The notes under the pieces are model-generated. The model saw only the letters and a program-made list of their open reading frames with translations. It had not been told where the DNA came from and did not search any database. A program made the translations under genes and the position numbers. A stretch of 64,000 nucleotides of DNA from Lingula anatina (taxonomy: Eukaryota; Animalia; Brachiopoda): contig CM120643.1 of assembly GCA_051362555.1 (NCBI GenBank), forward strand, positions 21,580,848 to 21,644,847, written 5' to 3'. Positions 1 through 13,161 of the stretch are shown in pieces (positions within the stretch are counted from its first letter, which is position 1; each line of letters starts with the position of its first letter).

Positions 1-402
1 GACGAATTTGCACCAGGCAAAATGTTTACACACTGCCTTCACAAACCTAAAAAAAACGATTATCATTTCAATGTCAATATTCCACAATAATATCTCATAA
101 GATGTAGATCACAAACTAATGTTAAAAGGTGACACCAAGCTGCAGCCTATATTCAACAATCTAATTGCAAATCGTCGAGCTCTAAATGTGTCTCATTCAT
201 GAATTCATCAATTGGTTTTCAATTTGTTCCCTATTTGCGTGTCTCTGCCTTCCTTCACGCCATTATTCTTACATTAATGTATTATTTTATTCATTCATTA
301 CGTCACGTATTATTCATTAATTTCTTTTTGAACGTATTTAAAACTCGATTTTATTAAAAGTATAAATATACGCAATCAATCACACGCACGCGTGCGCAGG
401 CG

Positions 403-410
<8 letters not shown>

Positions 411-455
<45 letters not shown>
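411..455. repeat. (CA)n microsatellite preceded by a (CG)n run
   Basis: Direct reading: gcgcgcgcgcg followed by cacaca... Confidence 0.95.
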
Positions 456-458
<3 letters not shown>

Positions 459-786
459 CTTCAAGAGTTCACGGAACTAACTGCAAGGCTTGACCACGTT
501 GCTAATCCCTTGAAACTCCGGAAACATCTTTTATTCCAGGAAGATAAATTGGAGAGACATGGCGTGTAGGCTGAGCATTATGGTTGCTATGGCAACTCTA
601 GATAGTCTCCTGGCTACCTGAATAGGTAGTGTTAACAGGAAGAAGAGAAAATGATGTAAGACATGCATGGTACAGAGGTCTGACGGCGCGCATGGACGCA
701 GTCTGTTCAGCTACAATGGATGCTTATTTGACAAGCATTCTGCCGCAGAAATAGGTAAATTGTGCCTATTGTGTCTGATGTGTTTT

Positions 787-788
<2 letters not shown>

Positions 789-852
<64 letters not shown>
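789..852. repeat. (GA)n microsatellite
   Basis: Perfect GA run. It explains the RERERE and SLSLSL ORFs. Confidence 0.95.
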
Positions 853-855
<3 letters not shown>

Positions 856-3800
856 GATAAAACTGATTAAATTTGAGAAAGATTGACAAGCTGGTTTTAA
901 AAATCACTGCTTTACACAGCGTACTGCATAAAATCTTTGGTGAATACTTGTTTCCTCAGTCAGGCAATTAAACCCTCAGATGATACTGGCCAAGGGTTAT
1001 TTGATGATCAGAGTGGGTTTGAATCGGTCACTTCCGATAATAAAAAATGCTCATATTGGAGCTTCTCTGTAATCTGCACTACAGAACTCATATGCAGTAA
1101 AGTATACAGAATAAAACAACAACAATGAGAACTATAGACTGGTCTTATTTCTTCGAAAAACGCTTTAACTTCGGCAAAATATATCTTCTGGGATCACATG
1201 TCCAAATGAGCTAAAAATCAATTGGATCAAATTCCCACAGGTTACCCCTGGAAAAATAGTTTTTTCCTACCTAAACTCCTGTTTTGCTAATGCTTTGTGC
1301 GTAAACGGTTATTTCAATCTCATTGCTTCTTTCGAGATCAGGGGCATTCAAGCCGTTGGAATCAACTCGAACTGTCTGGGGCAAATGTGGATGCATGTTA
1401 ATTTGATAAAGACTTATTAGATTAACGACATTCAATCGAGTGTTTCGGTCAGGCTTGGTCGTAATGTCTAAATAAGATCCACCTCGTCTAACTACGATCA
1501 GGTCAACACGAAGTTAACCCAACCCCTCTCTTGGCCCGCCAACCACCATTGTGAGACGAGTTGCCGGTCGTTTTATGTGAGCAAATCCATTTAATTTGTG
1601 GTGAGCAATCCATAATCCGGATTCCTAATGAGGTGGGTGCTATCAGTCTCTTAGCCTGTGAAAAAGACACCTAGAACTACGGGTATCGTGCCATCTTGGT
1701 GCCTCCGTCAAATATTTTCTATTATCTGAAATGAGGTAGGCCTACAAAACGTAAACCAGTCGATTTATAAGTTTTTAATACTTGATATAGGCCTACAGCG
1801 ATGGACTAAAAATGGAGATAAATAGGATAAGTTAGATTTGTTATAAATGGTTTGTTGTGTTTATAACACTAAACTGCGAGGAAACTCAAATGGTTTTCAC
1901 AGTTGATTTCAAAAATGCTTTAGGAGGTATGGGTGCTTCGAAGTAATGCCGCCGCCTAGAGGCTTCGCGCCGTCTTGGTGGATTTAATCTTGCCTTCCAG
2001 GGGATTGAGTTTATGATATTTCGATCACATCGGGTCAGTAAAATAATGAAAAATGCATGGACGGATTTGCTCTTATTGTGCCTCTTCTAAATGAAGTTCA
2101 GTTGGAATGCTGATATACAGGCGTTATTGGCAGTAAAATAAACATATTCCACTCTTTTTTAGTTTCGTTCAAAAATGGATTATCAAAACGCAAAGGGAAA
2201 ACGACGAATCACTACCCACCACGTTAAGCTTAAAATGAACTTATATCAGAAGATGGAAAGTAAGACAGTAAAATGGTGGTTTGGGCCGGTGCGGTTGTGT
2301 GGAAAAGTTTTATCAATAGCCAAAGATATCATATTGTCGTTGCCAATGCTTCGGAACAGACGCCGGTAATTTTGTAATTTCATCTCAAATGTTAAGAGTT
2401 GCGTTTGAAATCGACGACAGCTCTCCCCCCCCCTCCTAATTAGTTAAGGTCAAATTGCTGGAAAATGGTATAAATCATGACTTCAGGTGAAACTGGCTAT
2501 TAGAGCAATGTGCCTCTAACCTGACTGGTGACCAGAATGCTCTTTCATTGACAACGAGTTAACAAACTAGCCAAGGGCTATGTCATTATTAAAGCAAAAC
2601 GTGGCGATTTACAACAGACGTTATGTCCGACGGGAACCGACATTCATAAGTTTGCTTTGCCATTACAAAACCAGATTTCGGCACATCACCAAAAATATAG
2701 CCAACAATAAAATTTGAAGATTAACTTCTTTGGCCAGTTGGGCATATTAGGCAATATCAAATAAAGAAACCCCCAAACCAATATTAAAATGCGTATGTGT
2801 GTTTAATGTTTTAGTCTCAAATGGCAAAACCTCACATCCCACTTCGTAACCCACTAATAAGTGCACGTTTTTGCTGTCTGCGGCTGATATTAGAGATATT
2901 GAGCCTAGTGTTTGAGTGTGCTCTTACGCACTCGCTAAGAATCCAGGTAATTAGCTTAATTCCACTCTAGTATTATTGATACGAATGACTGAAGCATACT
3001 TGCGTTGTCACGGACGCAGGATGTCGGACGTCAACACGTGCGATATAGCCATGTTCACAATGCCATATTGATGTACGTTTGGCAGGAAATATTCCCAATT
3101 ACATAGTTCTGATTTTCATTAATATTTTAAACATTTAAATGTTTTTTAAATCGACTAATTTGTTGGGGTCTATCTATGTATCATATTTTCATACAGATGT
3201 CCGCTGTATATGATTCAAATACATTGTTTTTTCAAGACCGCCCCAAAATGAATGAATGTAATGCAACATTGCATGGGTGTTGTACAACACGTACATATTC
3301 CAATATATAGAAAGTTTCACGGAGATCAAAAAGCAAACAAGCGTTGCGAACATCAACGTCTTAAGCAGCAGACAAAGATCGCCAAATAGATGTATATCGC
3401 ACCTGTCCAAGCTAACAGATACGCCCAGAAAAACCTCGGCTTACTCTTAAAAGGATCAGATGATCGAACGCAAACAAAACCATCTCGAATTCTTCCTGCT
3501 GTTATCCACGCGATTTCGCGCCCTTATACGTATATCTTTAAGGGACGATTCACAGGTAGACAAAACACAACTTAAGAGGGTGTGCAGGGTGTTACCAGAT
3601 GTTTTGAAATGGGAAAACGTTGGTTTTGGCATTATACATTTATCGACATCATGAACCACCTAAAATTAATTGGAGACAAGCCCTTTTCCAGCCCACTGAA
3701 ACTTATTTCGCAATGAAAGTAGCGCGATAAATTTCAAATGTTTGAAACAGCTGTGCACTTTGGTAAAACATGTTTTATTATGACTTTTAGCATATATTTT

Positions 3801-5393
3801 CACCAATGGTGTACTCAAATCGGATATAATCAATAATTGTCTTCATTCCTCCATGATGAAAGAAATTTGATATCTCTTGAAATAATGGGAGTGTAAAGAC
3901 TCCATTGCAGCTGTTGGTAGGTAAAACGGCACTGTGTTTAACACATAATTATGCCAATACATTACCAAAGAAGAAGATCTACGTCTTTGATATTACAATT
4001 CTTCACCACATACAACATATTCCAAAGCCTGGTTCCACGTGGATATATACGGTTCCACATGCACAAATGTAGACTCATGTTAATATGGTTTCGTATATAT
4101 ATTTCGATATTTATATATGCTTCTAACTTAATAAATATGGGCGTACTCTTCATACGTTTTTGTTCGAAACAAGTGCGTCATTCAAGGCATTTCTTGTTGA
4201 AAGTTCACATTCTTTCAGGGGTTATTTTGCAAAAGGGTTGCGCTGCCAATGTTGTAGGGCCTACAGGTGTCGGCGAATGGCCTTCGTTTGTATCCATCGG
4301 TATTTATCACATTATCGCAGTTTAAAATCCCATACCGATTTGACGTCATTCCTTAAACTCGTTCCATTTTAGCCCTATATGTACCCTTACAAGTAGGGAT
4401 ATCATTTTTGACGATGTGTACTTAATCACCCACGTGTTGCTATGACATACAGCCATCTTATGCCAATAGTTTTTAGCATGGCGAACGTAATATAACGTGA
4501 TGCTGATGACCTATACATATTTAATAATGTACTATTCATAACGTATGCTTTCTTCATGCGATATATGTGAATAAGGATATTTGATTTAAGGTATGTGCTT
4601 TCGCATATTCCCTTATACGATTCCCAATAAATTCCATCGAGCGCTGGTCAATGAGTAACGAATGACATGTCTTTGAACTCTATATTGTGCAATGGTTGCT
4701 AATAGGGATCTTCAGTTGGTATATAATCTCGGCCTTTTTCTTCTTTGATTGAAAAAAAAACACACACACACGTTATGGATACCAAAGTCATAACTCAATG
4801 GGCCTAGCGTGACTTTTTTAAGATACAATTTAATTGATTTACAAAATATATATGTTACGTGCGTTCCAATGGTTTCCTCACAACGCAGACACATCTCCCC
4901 CCTCTCCACCCAACACAGACACACACACACACACAGGGATAATAATTATTTAGCTGTTTCACATCTACAAGGCTGCTTATCTGCTAGTCTATCCATTAAT
5001 TATGAAATGACAGAAAATATAACCACCAACTACAGGTAAATCTGCTCCGATTCCCTGAACAATGCATCTCTACAGGGGGCGGTTTCACACCGCCAAGTAC
5101 TTACAACAACTCCACTTGCCGATGCGTGTACTATTTTCTACGACATAAACATCACGTTCTAGTGATTTATAATGTAATCGACTGTGCTGATTAAGATAAA
5201 TGTCTCTTTTTTTCTTGAGGAACTAATACGTAGGCCATACCGAGTAGGGCTTGGAACACCTTTGCTGCTGGAATATAGATCGATATATGGTTAATACGGG
5301 GATGGCCGTCATGGTGCCCTGAATTTCAGAACAGCGTGTTCGTTTTCTGTTTTTTGTGATCTTTTGTAACTGGATACTCAAGAGCCATAAAGC

Positions 5394-5475
5394 AACGCAG
5401 GAATCAGACAGTGGACAGTCCTGAATCTCAGGAAGTAACGCAGGAATCAGATAGTAGACAGCCCTGAATCTCAGG
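5394..5475. repeat. 43-bp tandem duplication (2 copies)
   Basis: aacgcaggaatcagacagtggacagtcctgaatctcagg is repeated with 3 substitutions. Confidence 0.85.
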
Positions 5476-8400
5476 GCGTGATATATCAATTCCCAGTAAA
5501 CAATGCACAGAATGTATGACTTTGCGTTGATAATGTCCAGTTTATGAGTGTGTATTTGCATGTGTGACTGTAAATGTGAGAATGCGTTCCTGTGAGAACA
5601 TGGAATACACACGGCTTATTATATGCTATATGTTCGAGAGATGCGTGAACAACTAGCTGCACTTGCGCGATGATCCATTTGCGAACCTAATTGTAGGGTT
5701 CCGTTCGAATTGCTTTTTAATATTACTACTTATACTGCGTATTCGTGATGACATTCACGCCATTTGCGGTGGTTCATTCTTTCCTGTGGACTTGCATATT
5801 TGTTCCTTACAAAGTGCTATATATCATAAGCAGTCTGGACTAAATGGATCTATCCACCAATTCATTGTTCGTGAAATTTTCTTTTGACTACTGGGAATTA
5901 CGCCAAAGCCTTTGTTTTCTTGCATGAAATTATCTCGTTGAAGAAGACCGAACAATCAACTATAAGGCATGGAAGGTGTTGTTTGCGGTGTTATTATTCA
6001 ATGTAAAATTCATGATATCACTTCAAGCAAATTTATATTTCACACCAAATGTTCGAAAACACCCTGAGATGGAAAAAAATATTAATTAATATGAGTCGTG
6101 CCTTACTATCTGTAGAAAAATCTCAAATCCCACAAGCAAAACTTTAAGGAAAGTAAATATTTTATTTGTCATGAGACAAACAGGAAACTGATAATTCACG
6201 CAGCTTTCACATGTTTGTCTTAAATCTAATTTTTCTTCTATAACTGTCAGTGACGATGTTCCAGTTTTCCTTGCGACATACGTTATGCGAAAGACGTCTC
6301 TTTATTCGGTCAATAATGGCAGCATTTTTAGTGACTTTTTTGAGGTATTAACCCACTGGTTTGAAATTCAAGGCATACTCTGACTACACCTTCAAAAAAC
6401 GCGGTTGATTGGCTAACAACAAAAGACATTCTCCTGAAACATGTTCGTGTAGGATAGTAGTCTTTTCATTGAATGTCCATGTTTTACGTGTTGTCACGTG
6501 ATCTGTCAAAGCTAGCTAATCTTGTAATATCCTTTTAGCTGTCTAAGTTTTCAGTATTTGTATTTACCAGTTTAAAGTGCTTTTAATAGGAGGAGCAGAT
6601 AGAACTTTAGACAAAAATACATATGCCATAACGTTTTAACAATATCTTTCCAGATGTTGGTTTTAGATAGGCTGTATACTTAATCATGCAATAGACAGAC
6701 TACCCGCACCAGTCTCACTTTCACACTAAAAAGTATAACAAGTTCATGAGGGAACTAATAGGGCCTACGTTTCCGCTTTGATAACCACTTCCCCTTTTGT
6801 GTTGGCTGAATCGGGTTCGTTTTCCCCTTCCTTTCGGTTAAACTGAAAACCAAATTCTGGGAAAACGCCCCCTTCTGCAATTGTTATATTTGTCCTGTGT
6901 CATGTTTCACGCGAAAGCTGGTTTCATGGCTTCCATTTTTTTCATTCTTTTAAAAAGAGACATGGATAAATGTGTCATCAACTAAAAAATCCCTTTAGCA
7001 CGCACGCACACACACACACACACAGCTTTTGGGTAAAGACGTATTTAGAATGATATCAGGAATTCCATTGAAAGCCCCCTCATCAAATATTTGACCTCTC
7101 ATTTCATTATTGATTTTTCCCCTCCTGACTGTCCTGTGTTATGATTCAATTCATAATGAGCTGAATGGCCTTAAACAACCTAATTACCTATGTCTAGATC
7201 ATAGGCACACCGTTAGTGCGCTTAATGTGAACGCATGCTATAGATTACGGAGAATTAAACGCCTTAATGTGTGCGCACTGGGCTGGCTCGCGTGCAGCAA
7301 AAATTGACATTTAGCGCTGAGAGTATTTTCATTAATGCAATCCAAAAGTCGCAGACAACATGTATTGTTGTCAACAAGACATGCCTAGGTTGCGTCAATA
7401 TATAATGTTAGTGTCTAAAATGTGCTCGGTTTTTCATTCAACAACCAACTGTGCAGTGCGCCTCCCTTCACTTTTAATTCTTATTAACCTTTCAAATTGC
7501 CTTGCATTTCGAGTTTATGTTATTTTCACACCTGTATTACTTGAATGTGTCTGTCATAATCAAAATACCATTGTTGCAGGAAGGAGATTCGTGAAGAACG
7601 CAGCAATCTTCACCTTTTTCCCTCGCGTCAGCGTTACATGCGGTTGTATTTAGCCACTCTCATACATTCAGCACATTAGGATGAATTCTATTCCATCAAG
7701 CAAAATAAGTCAGCCATTACTCTCCCTCGTCTATTTTCAATGCCGTTAAGGTGAGCATACAGACAACATTACTTGCAAGCGATCTCAGAGCGAGAAATAA
7801 TCATCACCATCGTCTCGAGTGTATGCAAATTGCTCTACATCTACTTCAGCGTCCTTATGCATTATAACTACAATGGCGGATCCATGGTAGGGTAGCCTAC
7901 GCCATACACGTTCCCCTCCCTTATTCTAAGCCACGCCCTTCTCCCTCCCCCCAAACCAGGGTAACTACCGAAATGAGGCAGAGCCATTTTTAACCAATTA
8001 TAGTTTAAGTGTCCTCGTCGATTATTTTAAATGATATAAGAGAAGAGACGCCCTCCCCCTCCCAATCCAGCCCAACCCTTGACAAAATCCAATGTGACTT
8101 AAGGCATTTGGCATTTCAAGCTCTAAAAGTAGTTATATATTTTACGTAAATACATAAATAAAAGTCAACATGCGGTCAGGGTTTTTTCTAACTTTTGCTT
8201 TATTTTGCAATTACTTTTTTTCTGAAGCAAGGATTTCACATTTTCTCTGATCTTAGTCAATTAAAAGCAAAAATGCAAACCATTTTTTTTGTCGAATATA
8301 GGTATAACCGTCTCATTTTAATGTCTCTAACAAATGCGGTCGGATCACACATTTCCACTCCTATTCTGTACCTTACTCGCTCAGGAAGAGGACCAAGAAC

Positions 8401-9523
8401 CCCAACAAGTACCTTGAGCTCCGTTGTTCTACCGGTGCCTTGCATTCAACCGGTATACGCTCTCCTATAATAAGAGGTAGGATTATAAAAGGCTCTGAAA
8501 CCCGGGGCGCTCAGCGACATGATAAGTGGTATTTGAACTTAAATCCTCTAATTAAAACACCACTGAAGAATATTCTGATGACTGAAAGAAATACAGGAAA
8601 TTAAGAAATTGAACAGACATTTATTTCTCACATGAAGTGATCCCATGAATGAGTTAATTGCATTTTACTTTGCATTTGCCAAAAGACCAATAACGGATCC
8701 AAGGGACATGATAGGGCCAAGTTTAGTTTAAGAGATATTCCCTTCTCCAACCCCCACACCCAGCCCCATAAAATTCTAAAAAAAAAAGTATAACGAATGA
8801 AACGAAGTAATGCAAATTAATTTTTCTGTACCTTACAAATTATGATAAAATATCCCCTCATCCCCGACAAAAGTCTCGATCCGCCGGATTGGCTATCAAT
8901 CAGACAACAGTCTTGACCTTACATAAGCATGCTCTGTGTGTAACAAATTTGTTTACGATGCACAAAGACAATGTGAATTCAGCCGTAAAATTATGAAAAA
9001 CAACATTTCACCAAGGACGTTTTTACGAGGTCTGTTCTTGTCAAAAAGTTGATATTAGATAGGCCACCTCAACGGATGACTGTACTTCGCGACGATGTTG
9101 TTTCATTGTTTATGGTGAAGCGGTGCACGGGCACATGACACAAGTATCCATATGATGAATGAACCCTATATAAGTGGTATAGGACAGTGGCACTGTGTGA
9201 TTATTGACGGTGTCAACAGAGTCATTTTCAGGGCAACTAGACATGGTGCACGCTGGCATTGCGTAACTCTCTGTTGCGCTACGGATGACACGACCTACTG
9301 TCGGTCACAGATCTTGTAAAAGTATCAATTTCTGCAGATGTGTTCCGATTTCTGTTACATCATTTAAGCAATTGGCGATTTACGACAACAATTTAGACGC
9401 CAGCAGTCCTAGCAAGGCCAAGCGATATCAGTGCGTATGAGCTATGCAACGCAACAACGACTCGCAAAAGAGGGGACAACAGTGTTATGCAATATATGCA
9501 TTCGTTTGTATCTGAAGACTATA

Positions 9524-9737
9524 GGGCGTATTCCCAGACATTTAGATCGATCTATCCCCGTGGGGAATCTCAATAGATTACTGTCAGATAATCCGGCTTA
9601 AATGTCCGTCCCGCCTACTACAAGCTGTAAGGGGGTAGTTAACTTTCGTGCCCGCTCGGCTGACAGCTATTTAGCGTGAACCCCCAGGGAGTTAGGTCGA
9701 TCTAGTTTGGATCGATCTAATCTGTGGGCATGGGGTC
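9524..9737 (+). mobile_element. ~215-bp MITE, family B (copy 1)
   Basis: Closely similar to the reverse-oriented copy at 52170-52387 and to 12899-13160. It has imperfect TIRs containing tagatcgatc and is flanked by TA. Confidence 0.8.
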
Positions 9738-10114
9738 TATGGAAGTGTTTTCGGTACCGTGCATTGAATAAGTACTGTCTGCAGTCTTTATACCCACTGC
9801 TCCCTGAAACAGCACATATTCAAACAATTTGCTTTTTTTTTTGCCTGTGTTCGTGAGATTTCTTATTAAAAGACCGTTCGGATATACCTGGTAACCGCAC
9901 GTCTTACAGTATGAAGGATCCGTTTTGGGTTATGTAATTTGAGACCTCTTCCTATTCCTACTAATTTTCTTTATGATTGTTTTAAAGCTAGGGATATGAA
10001 AATTGCATCCATGCTGAATAAAACCTAGATTAACTGATGATGCAGTTTTCATATCCCCCCAAATAATAGTTAGTTTAATATAAGGTTTAGTGTAGCCTAT
10101 TCTAGTTGAATCAG

Positions 10115-10145
<31 letters not shown>

Positions 10146-10324
10146 ACCCCTATATTGATCTTTATTGAGTAGTACATGTACTTTCCCTGCTTTAGTCTAG
10201 ACATTATATAATGTATATCAAACTGTATATGGTAATCACTCTGCGGATTACTTCTTGTATTTGTATTTGATCATGCCCGGATGTAGGGCGATAGTCAATA
10301 AACTTCTGATTCTGATTCTGATTC
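10115..10324 (+). mobile_element. 3' fragment of a non-LTR retroelement (CR1/L2-like tail), copy 1
   Basis: Poly-T, ~160 bp body, then AATAAA + (CTGATT)n tail. A similar inverted copy lies at 58635-58864. Confidence 0.65.
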
Positions 10325-12897
10325 CTATCACATCATTATAATATCAGATAAGCTTGTCGTCGACACCGGGATGAGACGGAATTATCCATATTCAGTTTCA
10401 GGAAAAGAAGCCGAACACCAAGTGCACGTTTTTATCTAATGGTTCTCTGTGCACTGGATGACATGTTTTTTCTTTGTATAAAACATATCTCCTTGGGGAC
10501 GGCGCTCTCGCTCAAGTTTTTTATGAAAAATAGATACCTATGCAATACACCGAATTTTAATTTTTTGTCGACACAAAAGATGAATCCGTTTCCAAGCAAC
10601 ATTTGTATTCAAACTTGGTCATAACCTTCATTCGTTTAATACACGATGACAATTTCTGCATAATTCCATGTACAAAGAATACATGTACTAGAAAAAATAA
10701 GGAAAATGGAGGCGGACACTGTAATGAAAAGATAAAGAAGGTGTTTGGGTGAATTCCGTTGAAGTCACGGTAAAGATTTTAAATGTTGCATTGAATGTTG
10801 CAAAGAAGATGTCTAAAATTTTGCCTACGTCCGTAGAAAAACCATCTTGAATGAGAGCAAACACTTGGGGGGGGGGGGAGGTAATGAAACTTGAAAACGA
10901 AGAAATATGTTTAATAACGTAATTATAGATTCCGATTACAAAAGGCTGGGAAGAACCGGTTGCCTCCATGTATTCATACTGGAGTTATATAATAAAGATG
11001 ACTTTTTTTCCTGAGCAAAAAATATTAGGTGATTGCCCTCACAACACGTTTGCAATACAGATGTTTATTAACATGGGATTCTTGGAATAAAAGACGTGTT
11101 TTGTCAGAAATGAAATACCCAGAAAGTGTTAACGGTGTGACATAAAGACCAGAAAAAAAGGAAAGCCCCTTTTCGCTGAACAGCACGGTAGCTTTATCAC
11201 AGTGTATAACTGGTTTAAGTTGTGATACTTGTCTTTTGAGACTTCCATTTCCTGTCTCATGTCTATATTTCACATTCATAAGACAATAATTAGTATTTGA
11301 CATTTCAAGGTAATTGGATACACATTTCCAATACGCATTAAACGACTCCATGCTACTTAGGAACTATTGAGCTTTCACAAACACTCACGCGCTTGCGCGT
11401 ATGCACCCACAAACGCACGCACGTACAAACGCACACACGGAGAGAGAGAGAGAGAGTGAACATGGTTTGCGGCACAATAGTACTCAACTCGATCTTCAGT
11501 TTGGAAAACATTCATGTAAAATCAAACTGCCCGCATGCAACTTACAGGAATTTCCGTCTATATTCATGCAACATTACCATTTACATTTCGGAGACCGAAA
11601 CTAAGCGAAGTGCATTGCGGTGCACAATTTATATAATTTGTTTTTATGCCGAAAGGGAAGTCTAGTCTTGGAACATGTGATAAGGATAATGCAATGGGCC
11701 CAAAAACGCAATCAATTATTCTGGTAAAACCTTCTTATGCTTCAGGTACTCGTATTCACTCTCTGCCACAGGTACAACGTCTGATAATGGCTAATCGACA
11801 TACTTCCCCATATTCTGTTTTCCTTGATTTCGCAGGAACTAAGTCATCGAATACCTTTAACAAAAAATATGATCAAGGTCGCATAAGCTGACAACAGATG
11901 ACCTACAAACACAGGTAACCGTGGTTATTTGATCGAGTTAGCCTACCCAAGCATTCTTTCAAACAGCGCCGGGGACTCAGCAGAGAAATTGGGCGGCAGT
12001 ATACCACTACCACACAGCGGAAACTGTGATCAGACCATAATACTTTTCAGACAAGAAATGGCGACAAGATAACCTTAAATACAAGAGGGCCCGTCCATTA
12101 TCTGGCTGTCTGATGACGCTTTTTAGGTCGATTATACAGACCCAAAATAGTCCTGGTACAAACGCAGCTGGCTGATTTCCGCGTTCTCCGGCAGAGCGGC
12201 CATGACGCACGCCTCAATATACGGTTCCATGCCAGATAGTTTTTTCCTGAATTCCGGAAAATCTGCTAGTTGATATGGTTTTATCAGTTACGTTGCGGCG
12301 CTCTCTCTCTAGTGTATTTTTTTTCTTTTTTTTACTGCTGTAAACTGTCTCAATTTATTTGAACTTTAGACGATCCCCCCTTATTTCATCTCTTATTGAA
12401 GTTTATGGTATGTGTGTTGGGTTTAGACTTAGGCAATTCGTTAAATTAAATAAAACATTAAGACATTTCTTGATAACATAACCTGCTTATATGATAAATT
12501 AGGGTAACCAAAACTGGCTTAAAATATTCGAAAATAAGACACATATCATGCATAAATGTCAAGGGGCGAACGTTGGGTGCGTAATACGTGCGCCATCAAA
12601 AATAGTTTTAGTTGCATTTTGAAATTAGTCCCTATATGCTCAATGACAACTTATTTTCAAAACAATGAACCAAACCGTACTTAAATGGTCAATATCGGAC
12701 ATCATTGCCCTCCACGTGGTAACAAGAACATTGAAGTTTTTTTTCGACCTACAAGAACGTCGTTTCAATATTGCAAACATGACACATTTCAGCCGTGTAA
12801 TAGTAATCAATTACGTTAAAAATGCACAACATTTTTATTCTTAATTTTAATACGGCCTTTATATTCAGTATACCTTATTGTGGCGTATAGGTCTCTT

Positions 12898-13161
12898 ACA
12901 CCCCATTTCCATAGATTTTTAGATCGATCTATCCCTGTGGGGAGTCTCACTAGATTACTGTCAGCTTGGACGGCTTAAGCGTCTGTCCCGCCTACTAAAA
13001 GCTCTAAGGGGGTAATTAAGTATGGTGTCCGCTCGGCTGACTGCAATTTAGCCTGAACCCCCAGGGAATTAGGTCGATCTAAAACTTAATCGTTAGATCA
13101 GTAATCTAGTGAGACTCCCCACAGGGATAGATCGATCTAAAAATCTATGGAAATGGGGTGT
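12898..13161 (+). mobile_element. MITE family B (copy 2) with a perfect 63-bp terminal inverted repeat
   Basis: 12898-12960 is the exact reverse complement of 13099-13161. The interior matches family B. Confidence 0.85.

Noticed and set aside
667-907. ORFs with RE/SL dipeptide runs
   Set aside because: Products of the (GA)n microsatellite.
3538-4356. Possible TTAA-flanked DNA element
   Set aside because: The terminal match is too short and imperfect, and there is no second copy in the window.
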